Virus record (IMG/VR): IMGVR_UViG_3300046009_004019
Location: 1 to 46,731 of that record
From: a virus
Lineage: Duplodnaviria; Caudoviricetes
Direction: 5' to 3' (one strand)
Length of the DNA stretch: 46,731 bases
The notes beneath the pieces are model-generated. The model saw only the letters and a list, made by a program, of their open reading frames with translations, was not told the origin of the DNA and made no database searches. A program made the position numbers and the translations under genes. Positions within the stretch are counted from its first letter, which is position 1, and each line of letters begins with the position of its first letter. Positions 1-8,211 of this stretch are shown one piece after another.

Positions 1-2
1 GA

Positions 3-401
3 GAAAGAGAAGGACCTAACACTTCGCCCTCACAAGGAAATAATGGCGGCGCAGGCGTTAATAACTTTCCTACTATTCGCGCTGGCGGTGGGGGTGGCGG
101 GGCTGCTGCAACTGGCACTGCCGCAAGTGGTACTGCTGGTTCTGGAGGAAACGGAACAGCGTCATCTATCTCTGGTTCGTCTGTAACTTACGCAGGCGGC
201 GGAGGCGGTGGCGCATCACCCGGAACTGCTGCATCTGGCGGTAATGGAGGTGGTGGTGCCGGAGGTTCTAGCGCGGGAGGAACTGCTGGAACTGCCAATA
301 CTGGTGGCGGCGGAGGCGGTGGCGGTTCAAGCGGTCCCGGTGTTGGGCCTGATGGCGGCGCTGGTGGTTCCGGTATCGTGATCCTAAAAGTAAACTATTA
401 A
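3..401 (+). CDS. Glycine-rich (polyglycine II) tail adhesin, 3' part only
   Basis: Frame 3 is open from the window edge to TAA 399-401: PNTSPSQGNNGG...SSISGSSVTYAGGGGGG...GTANTGGGGGG...GGSGIVILKVNY, the same domain as in 880-4011. Absent from the ORF track because it has no start codon. Confidence 0.85.
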   Translation, partial: EREGPNTSPSQGNNGGAGVNNFPTIRAGGGGGGAAATGTAASGTAGSGGNGTASSISGSSVTYAGGGGGGASPGTAASGGNGGGGAGGSSAGGTAGTANTGGGGGGGGSSGPGVGPDGGAGGSGIVILKVNY

Positions 402-418
402 AGGTTTGAGGTTTTGAA

Positions 419-880
419 ATGGCTAACGTAATCAATGCCCAAAACGGGATCGTATCGACCGCAGATTCAACGTCTGAGTTAAACATTCAGACAGGCGGTG
501 TTACGGCTATTTCAATTGGCTCAAGTCAGTCCGTTACTATCTCTAATCTAGCGGACTCTGCTGGCAGTCTTCGCAACATCCCATCAGCCGGTTCAGAGAA
601 AACAACGGCCTATACCCTTACCATCTCCGATATCGGTGAATACGTCACGGTCGGAACCAGCGGCAGTATCACGGTCGTTAATGATGTGTTCAGTGCGGGC
701 AACGCTGTCTCTATCTACAACAACACATCCGGTAACGTCACACTGACGATGACCATTACCACGGCTTACATCGCGGGAACCGATTCCGACAAAGCCACGA
801 TGACTCTGGCAACTCGGGGTCTGGCGACACTGCTATTCTTGTCTGCTTCAGCCGTGGTTGTTACGGGGAACGTCACCTAA
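419..880 (+). CDS. Putative tail fibre / adhesin-anchoring protein
   Basis: 153 aa, S/T/V/A-rich beta-type sequence (TTAYTLTISDIG...SITV...FSAGNAVSIYN). GAGG RBS, and TAATG coupling to the glycine-rich gene. Confidence 0.6.
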   Translation: MANVINAQNGIVSTADSTSELNIQTGGVTAISIGSSQSVTISNLADSAGSLRNIPSAGSEKTTAYTLTISDIGEYVTVGTSGSITVVNDVFSAGNAVSIYNNTSGNVTLTMTITTAYIAGTDSDKATMTLATRGLATLLFLSASAVVVTGNVT

Positions 881-3800
881 TGTCCGGCATCATGATGCTT
901 TTGCTGGCGCGTGTCGTCGGCACTAGATATGTTGAAGTCAAAACCTTCACGACTTCAGGCTCGTGGGTGTGTCCTACTGGCGTGACTGAGGTTGAATACC
1001 TTGTGGTTGCTGGTGGTGGTGGTGGAGGCGGAGCAGGAAGCACAGGTGCATCTAGCGGTGGTGGTGGTGCTGGTGGATTTCGTACTGGCACTGGGTTTGC
1101 TGTAACCGCTGGTACGGATTACACGATCACAGTTGGCGGAGGCGGAACAGGCTCTACTGCACCATCAATTACTTCAGGATCGTCCGGGTCAAATTCTGTA
1201 TTTAGCACTATTACATCTGCCGGTGGCGGAGGTGGCGGAGGTGGTGATCAATCCAACCCTGCTAATAACGCTAAGGCTGGTGGTTCTGGTGGTGGAGCAT
1301 ATGGTCAACCTTCGGGTGGCGCTGGCAATACACCTTCTGTTTCTCCATCTCAAGGCAACAACGGTGGAGTAAACGGAGGCGCTCCAAGTTATGGCGGCGG
1401 TGCTGGCGGCGGTGCTAGTGCTGTAGGTGGAAATGGTGGCACTACTACTGGCGGTGCAGGTGGTGCTGGTACAGCCTCTGCTGTCTCTGGTATTTCTACT
1501 TTTTACGCTGGTGGCGGTGGCGGTGGTGTATCTGCCCCTCCCTATACCCCATCACCGGGCACTGCTGGTGCAGGTGGAGCGGGTGGCGGCGCAACCGGTG
1601 GATACGGAACAAATGGAAATGCCGCTACAGCAAATACCGGCGGTGGCGGCGGCGGTGCTGGCATTGTTGGGCCTAGTGCAGTAAGTGGCGGCGCAGGCGG
1701 CTCTGGCATCGTCATTCTTCGCTACGCAGTCCCTGTCCAGACCGTAGTTCAGTCATTCACTGCATCCGGAATCTTTGTTCCGCCGACTGGTGTGAGCGAG
1801 GTTGAATATCTCGTGGTTGCAGGTGGCGGCGGTGGTGGTGGCGGTAATGCCTCTTATAACGGAGGTGGCGCTGGAGCGGGTGGATTTAGAACCGGCACTG
1901 GATTCTCTGTAACTGCTGGAACGTCCTATACGATTACTGTTGGTGCTGGTGGAGCAGCAAACGCTAACGGAGCAGATTCCGTATTTAGCACCATCACTTC
2001 AACAGGTGGTGGCAAAGGCGGCCAAAGCAATACTGTTGGCGCTGGGACTGGCGGTTCCGGAGGTGGTGGTGCATCGACGCAACCGGGTGCTAATGGCAAT
2101 ACCCCGTCAACTTCTCCGTCGCAAGGCAACAATGGCGGTTTGGGCCAAAGCGTAGGCCCGTTCGCTGCTGGCGGTGGCGGCGGTGCTTCAGAAGCCGGAA
2201 ACACAGACGGAAACGGCTACGGTGGTGATGGTACTGCGTCATCTATTTCTGGTGGCAGTGTGTTTTACGCTGGTGGCGGTGCTGGTTCGTCTAACGCTCC
2301 CGGCAGCAATTTGCCCGGTGGTGATGGCGGCGGCGGTGCTGGCGGTTATGGTTCTGGTACAACTACTGGAACGGCTGGTACAGCAAACACTGGTGGCGGA
2401 GGTGGTGGTGCTAATGGTGCGGCTGCTGCTGGCGCAGGCGGCTCCGGTATCGTCCTCATCAAGTACACACTGGGTTCTGCTTCGATCCTGACGTTCAACT
2501 CAACCACCAACTTTGTGATGCCTGCTGGCGTGACGAGCGTGGACTACCTCGTGGTTGCGGGTGGTGGTGGAGGGGGTACCGGCGATAAAGACGGTGGCGG
2601 TGGAGCAGGTGGTGGTGCTGGCGGTATGCGTACCGGAACGGGTTTAACCGTAACACCGGGCACTAACTACACCATTACGGTTGGCGCTGGCGGCAGCGGT
2701 TCTGGAAACAACTCTACATTCTCTACTGTTACAGCAGCCGGTGGTGGCGGTCCAAGCGCAAATGGCGGTTCCGGTGGCGGTGGTTTCGGTCGCGGATCAG
2801 GCGGTGGCACTGGCAATACTCCAGTTGTATATCCGTCTCAAGGAAATAACGGCGGCACTGGCGGTACTGGTACTGCTCCAAATAATTCCGGCGGAGGTGG
2901 CGGAGGCGGCGGTGCATCAGCCGTAGGTACAACTGTTGGTGCTTCTAATGCCGGTGGAAACGGAGGCGATGGTACAGCCTCATCTATCTCTGGTTCTTCT
3001 GTCACTTACGCAGGCGGCGGAGGGGGCGGCGGTAATAATAGCCCCGGTAGTTCTGGTGGCGCAGGCGGTGGTGGTGCTGGTGGATCAGGTGCAACTGGTA
3101 CTGCTGGAACTGCAAATACTGGCGGCGGAGGCGGAGGTGGCGCTGGACGTTCTGGCAGCGATAGAGGCGGTGCTGCTGGCGGCTCCGGCATAGTGATCCT
3201 GAAGTTAAACTTTGGGAACTACCTGCTTTACACCTTCACTTCGACGCAATCGTGGACGGCTCCGGCTGGTGCGGTGAGCGTGGATTATTTGGTTGTAGCC
3301 GGTGGTGGTGGAGGCGGCGGTGCTACTGCTGCTGCGGGTGGCGGAGCAGGAGGTTTTAGAACAGGAACGGGTCTTTCCATCACTGCTGGCACTTCTTATA
3401 CGATTACGGTTGGAGCAGGCGGCGCTGGCGGCCCCGGTGGTGGAGGTAGTACGCCATATCAAGGGACAACCGGCAGCAATTCCGTTTTTAGCACCATTAC
3501 TTCTGCTGGAGGCGGCGGTGGTGGTGGAGACGGCCCAGTTACGTCTGGATTAAATGGCGGTTCAGGCGGCGGCGCTGGCGGCTCCGGCACCGTTACGACC
3601 ACAGCGGGAAACGGAAACACCCCGTCTGTATCGCCAAGCCAAGGCAATAATGGCGGCAATAACGGCGGAAATATCGCTTCGCCATATCCTGCCGGAGGTG
3701 GTGGTGGCGCTGGAGCCGCTGGTGCTAACGGAACCCCGTCTGCTTCTGGAAGTGGTGGCAACGGCACTACATCTGCAATTTCCGGTAGTAGCGTAACTTA

Positions 3801-4011
3801 TGCTGGTGGTGGCGGGGGGTCATCAAATTACGGTGGTACGGTCGGCAGTGGAGGCGCTGGCGGCGGCGGTGCGGGTAACGCAAGTGGAACAGGAACTGCT
3901 GGAACTGCTAATACCGGTGGTGGAGGCGGAGGCGGATCAAGAATTACCCCAAGTTACGGAACAGGGGGTGCAGGTGGTTCAGGTATCGTAATTCTCAAGG
4001 TGAATTTCTAA
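880..4011 (+). CDS. Glycine-rich tail adhesin with four tandem glycine-rich domains
   Basis: 1043 aa. Four ~250-aa repeats, each with PxGVxxV(E/D)YLVVAGGGGG...RTGTG..YTITVG...SQGNNGG...ANTGGGGGG...GGSGIV. Resembles ALK/LTK-type and gp38-type polyglycine II domains. Confidence 0.85.
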   Translation: MSGIMMLLLARVVGTRYVEVKTFTTSGSWVCPTGVTEVEYLVVAGGGGGGGAGSTGASSGGGGAGGFRTGTGFAVTAGTDYTITVGGGGTGSTAPSITSGSSGSNSVFSTITSAGGGGGGGGDQSNPANNAKAGGSGGGAYGQPSGGAGNTPSVSPSQGNNGGVNGGAPSYGGGAGGGASAVGGNGGTTTGGAGGAGTASAVSGISTFYAGGGGGGVSAPPYTPSPGTAGAGGAGGGATGGYGTNGNAATANTGGGGGGAGIVGPSAVSGGAGGSGIVILRYAVPVQTVVQSFTASGIFVPPTGVSEVEYLVVAGGGGGGGGNASYNGGGAGAGGFRTGTGFSVTAGTSYTITVGAGGAANANGADSVFSTITSTGGGKGGQSNTVGAGTGGSGGGGASTQPGANGNTPSTSPSQGNNGGLGQSVGPFAAGGGGGASEAGNTDGNGYGGDGTASSISGGSVFYAGGGAGSSNAPGSNLPGGDGGGGAGGYGSGTTTGTAGTANTGGGGGGANGAAAAGAGGSGIVLIKYTLGSASILTFNSTTNFVMPAGVTSVDYLVVAGGGGGGTGDKDGGGGAGGGAGGMRTGTGLTVTPGTNYTITVGAGGSGSGNNSTFSTVTAAGGGGPSANGGSGGGGFGRGSGGGTGNTPVVYPSQGNNGGTGGTGTAPNNSGGGGGGGGASAVGTTVGASNAGGNGGDGTASSISGSSVTYAGGGGGGGNNSPGSSGGAGGGGAGGSGATGTAGTANTGGGGGGGAGRSGSDRGGAAGGSGIVILKLNFGNYLLYTFTSTQSWTAPAGAVSVDYLVVAGGGGGGGATAAAGGGAGGFRTGTGLSITAGTSYTITVGAGGAGGPGGGGSTPYQGTTGSNSVFSTITSAGGGGGGGDGPVTSGLNGGSGGGAGGSGTVTTTAGNGNTPSVSPSQGNNGGNNGGNIASPYPAGGGGGAGAAGANGTPSASGSGGNGTTSAISGSSVTYAGGGGGSSNYGGTVGSGGAGGGGAGNASGTGTAGTANTGGGGGGGSRITPSYGTGGAGGSGIVILKVNF

Positions 4012-4259
4012 TGAAAGCGTATCAAATCATGGGTATTGACACGGCGATGCATTTGCTTCGTCCGGGTGCGAAGTGGGAAATCAGCAATCGTGAGATCACG
4101 CGATGGGAAGATCCGCGTCCGAAACCCTCGTGGGAAGAGATCATGTTCACGATTGAAAAGATCAAAGAACTGGAAGATGCAGTTCCCACGATCCTGTTGC
4201 CCGAGCAGCAGAAAGCCTTTGATGATTATGTGAAGCAAATCGAACAGGCGGCTGCATGA
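4011..4259 (+). CDS. XkdW-like tail-associated protein
   Basis: 82 aa, IDTAMHLLRPGAKW...ITRWEDPRPKPSWEEI pattern typical of small proteins following tail fibres. Translationally coupled. Confidence 0.5.
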   Translation: MKAYQIMGIDTAMHLLRPGAKWEISNREITRWEDPRPKPSWEEIMFTIEKIKELEDAVPTILLPEQQKAFDDYVKQIEQAAA

Positions 4260-4861
4260 TTCTGCACGGGATATTCCCAACACCGGTTGCCCGGTTCAAC
4301 CTCGACCGTGAGTTCACGGAGCGGGAGTTGGAGTTTGTGCTGAAACAACCCCAGCACAACAACGAAGGCAACACCACGAGCGATGATAACTACGTCTTCA
4401 ACAACATTGAGTTGAAGGGCTTGAGCGATTTTTGTGAGGCTTCTGTTGCGACGTACTTGAAGGAGATCCATGCCCCGAGCAAGGATGTAAACCTTCGGAT
4501 TACGCAATCTTGGTTGAACTACACCAAGCCCGGACAGTGGCATCACAAACACGCTCATCCAAACTCTTTTGTCTCTGGTGTGCTGTACATCAAGGCCAAC
4601 AAAGAATCGGACAAGATCTATTTCTACAAGGACGGCTACAAGCAGATCAGCCTGCCGACCGAGAACTGGAACTTGTACAACTCCGAGTCTTGGTGGTTTG
4701 AAGCAGTTGCAAAAGAGTTGATCCTGTTCCCGTCTAGCCTCACGCACATGGTTCAGACCGTGCAGGGCGAAGACACCCGGATCAGTTTGTCGTTTAACAC
4801 GTTTCCTGTTGGTTACGTTGGGGATGAGAAGTCTCTAACCGGTTTACATTTGAGGGATTAA
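4256..4861 (+). CDS. 2OG-Fe(II) oxygenase (TIGR02466-like)
   Basis: ITQSWLN...HHKHAHPNSFVSGVLY...LILFPSSLTHMV...RISLSFN: HxH...H metal ligands and the RxS 2-oxoglutarate motif. Confidence 0.9.
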   Translation: MILHGIFPTPVARFNLDREFTERELEFVLKQPQHNNEGNTTSDDNYVFNNIELKGLSDFCEASVATYLKEIHAPSKDVNLRITQSWLNYTKPGQWHHKHAHPNSFVSGVLYIKANKESDKIYFYKDGYKQISLPTENWNLYNSESWWFEAVAKELILFPSSLTHMVQTVQGEDTRISLSFNTFPVGYVGDEKSLTGLHLRD

Positions 4862-4863
4862 AC

Positions 4864-5244
4864 ATGGCTCACTTTGCAGAGATTGATGAAAACAATGTTG
4901 TGCAGCGCGTGATTGTCGTAGCCAACAAGGATACGGCTGACGCTAACGGCAACGAAGTCGAGAGCATCGGCGTGGCGTTCTGCCAGCGTTTGCTGGGTGG
5001 GAACTGGAAACAGACTTCCTACAACGCAAACTTCCGCAAGAACTATGCAGGTATCGGCTTCACCTACGATGCTGGTATCGACGCATTTGTTCCGCCGAAG
5101 CCCTATCCGTCGTGGGTTCTGAACAGCAATACCGCGCAGTGGGAAGCCCCTGTACCGATGCCGCAAGATGGCAAGATGTACTCATGGGACGAAGCCACGC
5201 AGTCGTGGGTTGAAGTTCCGAGCGCAGGTTCGCTGACGATCTAA
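4864..5244 (+). CDS. Conserved phage tail-associated protein (MAHFAE family, possible fibre chaperone)
   Basis: MAHFAEIDENNVVQRVIVV...WKQTSYN..FRKNYAGIG.TYD...DAF.PPKPYPSW...WEAPVPMP...WDE; commonly found next to glycine-rich genes. Confidence 0.65.
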   Translation: MAHFAEIDENNVVQRVIVVANKDTADANGNEVESIGVAFCQRLLGGNWKQTSYNANFRKNYAGIGFTYDAGIDAFVPPKPYPSWVLNSNTAQWEAPVPMPQDGKMYSWDEATQSWVEVPSAGSLTI

Positions 5245-5248
5245 GCCG

Positions 5249-5938
5249 ATGCTCGGCTTTGTACCTCTTTCAGCAGCGCCATTCTCCGCACTGGGGGAAG
5301 GGGCGGTTGTTGTCACAGGGGTACAGGGCAATGGTTTTGTCGGTACGGTTCTTGTTGTCGCTGATGCCAACACCCTCGTTAATGGGGTCGAGGCTAACGG
5401 GCAGATTGGAACGGTCTTCGTCTTTGGTGAAGCCAATGTTCCCGTCACAGGAGTTGAAGCCAATGGGCAGACCGGCACCGTCGAGGTCACCGGAACTGCC
5501 ACGGTCTTCCTCACTGGGGTCGAGGCGACTGGCGAAGTTGGCACAGTTGCGGTTGCTGCGGATGCTAATGCTCCAGTTACAGGGGTTGAAGCCACTGGCG
5601 CGGTGGGAACCGTTGTCGCCACAGGCGCAGCCAATGTCACCCTTACCGGGGTTGAGGCAACAGGCGAACTTGGCAATGTCTCAATCTTTATTGAGATTGT
5701 TGTCCCGGTCACTGGGGTATCCGCCACAGGGCAGGTTGGTACAGTCACGGTCTCGGCTGGAGCCACTGTCTTCGTCACGGGCGTGTCGGCAGTGGGAACC
5801 GTGGGGCAAGTCACTGTTTGGGGTAAGATTATCCCCGGACCAACCGGGCCATGGACACCCATCCCTGATCCAGCAGCATCAACTTGGACACCAGTTAACA
5901 CGGGCGATTCAGATATCTGGACCCCGGTAGCAGCGTAG
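5249..5938 (+). CDS. Repetitive beta-rich virion structural protein
   Basis: About seven 25-aa repeats AxVx(V/L)TGVEA(N/T)Gx(V/L)GTVxV, N-terminal GF.P.S.APFS, C-terminal WTP repeats. Confidence 0.65.
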   Translation: MLGFVPLSAAPFSALGEGAVVVTGVQGNGFVGTVLVVADANTLVNGVEANGQIGTVFVFGEANVPVTGVEANGQTGTVEVTGTATVFLTGVEATGEVGTVAVAADANAPVTGVEATGAVGTVVATGAANVTLTGVEATGELGNVSIFIEIVVPVTGVSATGQVGTVTVSAGATVFVTGVSAVGTVGQVTVWGKIIPGPTGPWTPIPDPAASTWTPVNTGDSDIWTPVAA

Positions 5939-5948
5939 AGGTTTAAAC

Positions 5949-7244
5949 ATGCCTAGTACATATTCACCCAACCTCGCGTTGGAACTTATTGGAACCGGCG
6001 ATCAGGCGGGTACTTGGGGTAACACCACCAATACCAACTTGGGAACCCTGATTGAGCAGGCTATCAGCGGCTACGAGGTTCAGTCCCTGACCTCGGGAAC
6101 CACCCTAACCCTGACCATTCCCAATGGTGCATCTGGCGTAGCCCGAAACATGTACTTGGAGTTCACGGGTAACGGCAGCACGGTCATTGTCCCGTCCAAT
6201 AAAAAACTCTACTTCGTCTACAACAACTGCACCTCCGGCACGATCACAATGAAGGTCGCTGGCCAGACCGGTGTAACAATCCCCAATGGGGAAAGAATGG
6301 TTTTGGTTTCCAACGGAACCGATGTAGATGAAGCCATCACGATTGAATCCTTGACTGGCATCACCACTAGCACAGTCACCGCTTTTGGCAGTGGCGCTGG
6401 CGACAGTGTCACAAGCGCAACAGGCACTACCGCAATTGGAAAGAATGCCGGGACAGCGATTACAAGCGGCATTTCAAATACTTTCGTTGGTGAAGAAGCA
6501 GGATTAGTTTGCACCGATGGCATTCTGAATACGGCTATCGGGCTTGCTGCATTAAGTTCTTTAACAAGCGCAAGCGGCAATAGCGCAATCGGTTGGTTTG
6601 CTGGAGCCGGAATTACAACTGGCTTTAGAAATACTGCTATTGGTAGAAGCAGTATGTCTGCCTGTACGACGGGTGGGTTTAATACTGCGCTTGGAACCGA
6701 TGCGCTTGATAGCACCAATTACGATAATACAACTGGCGTTGGCTCAGGTTCGGCAGTAACAGGAGACAATCAAGTTCAATTAGGCGATTCAGCAACAACG
6801 ACTTACGCCTATGGCGCTGTTCAAAATCGTTCTGATTCGCGTGACAAGGCCGACATCCAAGACTCAAACCTTGGGCTTGCTTTTGTAATGCAGTTACAGC
6901 CGCGCATGTTCCGCTGGGATATGCGAGAAGATTACAAACCGCCTAAACCAGACGAAAATGCCTCCCCAGAAGAATGGAGCGCATGGAGTGAGGCTTGCAA
7001 ACTTGCCAATCTAACTCATGACGGAACACATAAACGCAGCCGCTTCCACTATGGCTTGGTGGCCCAAGAAGTCAAAGTCACGATGGATGCGATGGGCGTA
7101 GATTTTGGTGGTTATCAAGACCACAGCATCAAAGGTGGCGATGCCGTTTTATCGCTCGGCTACGAAGAGTTGATAGCCCCATTGATCAAGGCCATCCAAG
7201 AACTCAAAACCGAGTTCGATGAGTACAAGAGGACGCACCCATGA
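5949..7244 (+). CDS. Tail fibre/spike with C-terminal intramolecular chaperone (peptidase S74)
   Basis: MPSTYS..L.LELIGTG.QAGTWG..TNTNL N-terminus, NTA(I/L)G beta-roll repeats, and SDSRDK...GLVAQEV...LIAPLIKAIQELK S74 domain. Confidence 0.9.
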   Translation: MPSTYSPNLALELIGTGDQAGTWGNTTNTNLGTLIEQAISGYEVQSLTSGTTLTLTIPNGASGVARNMYLEFTGNGSTVIVPSNKKLYFVYNNCTSGTITMKVAGQTGVTIPNGERMVLVSNGTDVDEAITIESLTGITTSTVTAFGSGAGDSVTSATGTTAIGKNAGTAITSGISNTFVGEEAGLVCTDGILNTAIGLAALSSLTSASGNSAIGWFAGAGITTGFRNTAIGRSSMSACTTGGFNTALGTDALDSTNYDNTTGVGSGSAVTGDNQVQLGDSATTTYAYGAVQNRSDSRDKADIQDSNLGLAFVMQLQPRMFRWDMREDYKPPKPDENASPEEWSAWSEACKLANLTHDGTHKRSRFHYGLVAQEVKVTMDAMGVDFGGYQDHSIKGGDAVLSLGYEELIAPLIKAIQELKTEFDEYKRTHP

Positions 7245-7726
7245 TGACAATGGTTTCAACCTTCTTGTCTTTCCTCGCTGGTGGATTGCCCAAGATCCTG
7301 TCGATTTTTCAAGATAGACAGGACAAGAAGCATGAGTTGGCTCTGGTTGCAGCCCAGAAGGAGCGCGAACTTGCATTGGCAGAGCGTGGTTTTTTGGCTC
7401 AGGCGCGGGTTGAGGAAATCAAACTGGAGCAGATCCAGACCCAAACCGCAGCCGAGGAGCGTCAGGCTCTGTATCAGCACGACATCGAAATTGGCAAAGG
7501 CGCATCCCAGTGGATGATCAACCTTCGTGCCTCGGTGCGTCCGGTTGTGACCTATATCTTCGTGTTGGAACTGGTCGCCATCAATATCGCCGGAGTCTGG
7601 TATGCCTATAACACCGGGGTGCCGTTTGCCGCTGCGATGGCTGAAGTATTCTCTGATGACGAGATGCTAATCCTGTCTTCGATCATTGCGTTCTGGTTCG
7701 GAACACAGGCGTTCGGCAAGAAGTGA
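7241..7726 (+). CDS. Putative holin (3-TM type)
   Basis: Hydrophobic N-terminus, coiled coil, then RASVRPVVTY and two TM segments ending FWFG. Directly upstream of the lysozyme. Confidence 0.7.
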   Translation: MMTMVSTFLSFLAGGLPKILSIFQDRQDKKHELALVAAQKERELALAERGFLAQARVEEIKLEQIQTQTAAEERQALYQHDIEIGKGASQWMINLRASVRPVVTYIFVLELVAINIAGVWYAYNTGVPFAAAMAEVFSDDEMLILSSIIAFWFGTQAFGKK

Positions 7727-8211
7727 AAGTCTCCAAGGCTGCCATCGATATGATTAAACACCACGAGGGCGTAAGGACTAAGCCTTACCGCTGCCCTGCG
7801 TTGTTGTGGACTGTCGGTGTCGGCCATGTGATCGACTCAACCCATGCGACGGTGAAGTATGAGGAGCGTCGGAATCTACCGATACCCGAGGGATGGGATC
7901 GTACTCTCGCGATGGACGAGGTGGACCGGATACTTTCTCAAGACCTTAGCCGGTTTGAGCGTGGTGTGGTTCGACTTTGCCCTGCTGCTGTTGGCCGTCA
8001 GGGAGTCTTTGATGCTCTCGTATCTTTTGCCTTCAACGTGGGTCTCGGCAATCTCCAACGCTCTTCCCTTCGGATGAAGACCAATCGCGGGGAACTGGAA
8101 GAGGCTGCTGACGAGTTCCTGAAATGGACGAAAGCAGGTGGACGGGTATTGCCCGGACTGGTTAAACGGCGCAATGATGAACGTGCGTTGTATTTGTCTG
8201 GAGTAGCGTGA
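7723..8211 (+). CDS. Endolysin, GH24 lysozyme
   Basis: HEGVRTKPYRCPALLWTVGVGH (E-x8-C-x5-T triad), FDALVSFAFNVG, W.KAGGRVLPGLVKRR..E. Confidence 0.95.
   Translation: MKVSKAAIDMIKHHEGVRTKPYRCPALLWTVGVGHVIDSTHATVKYEERRNLPIPEGWDRTLAMDEVDRILSQDLSRFERGVVRLCPAAVGRQGVFDALVSFAFNVGLGNLQRSSLRMKTNRGELEEAADEFLKWTKAGGRVLPGLVKRRNDERALYLSGVA

Noticed and set aside
1-14. Purine-only GAGAAAGAGAAGGA replacing the expected GNT codons before PNTSPSQ
   Set aside because: At the contig edge; most likely an assembly or adapter artefact, so not interpreted.
873-3991. Many Pro-rich antisense and Val/Ala-rich alternate-frame ORFs
   Set aside because: Shadows of GGN glycine codon runs in the adhesin gene.
880-4011. 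Possible diversity-generating retroelement or CRISPR-like repeats
   Set aside because: No reverse transcriptase, no adenine-specific TR/VR pair and no constant repeat-spacer array; the repeats are protein-coding paralogy.
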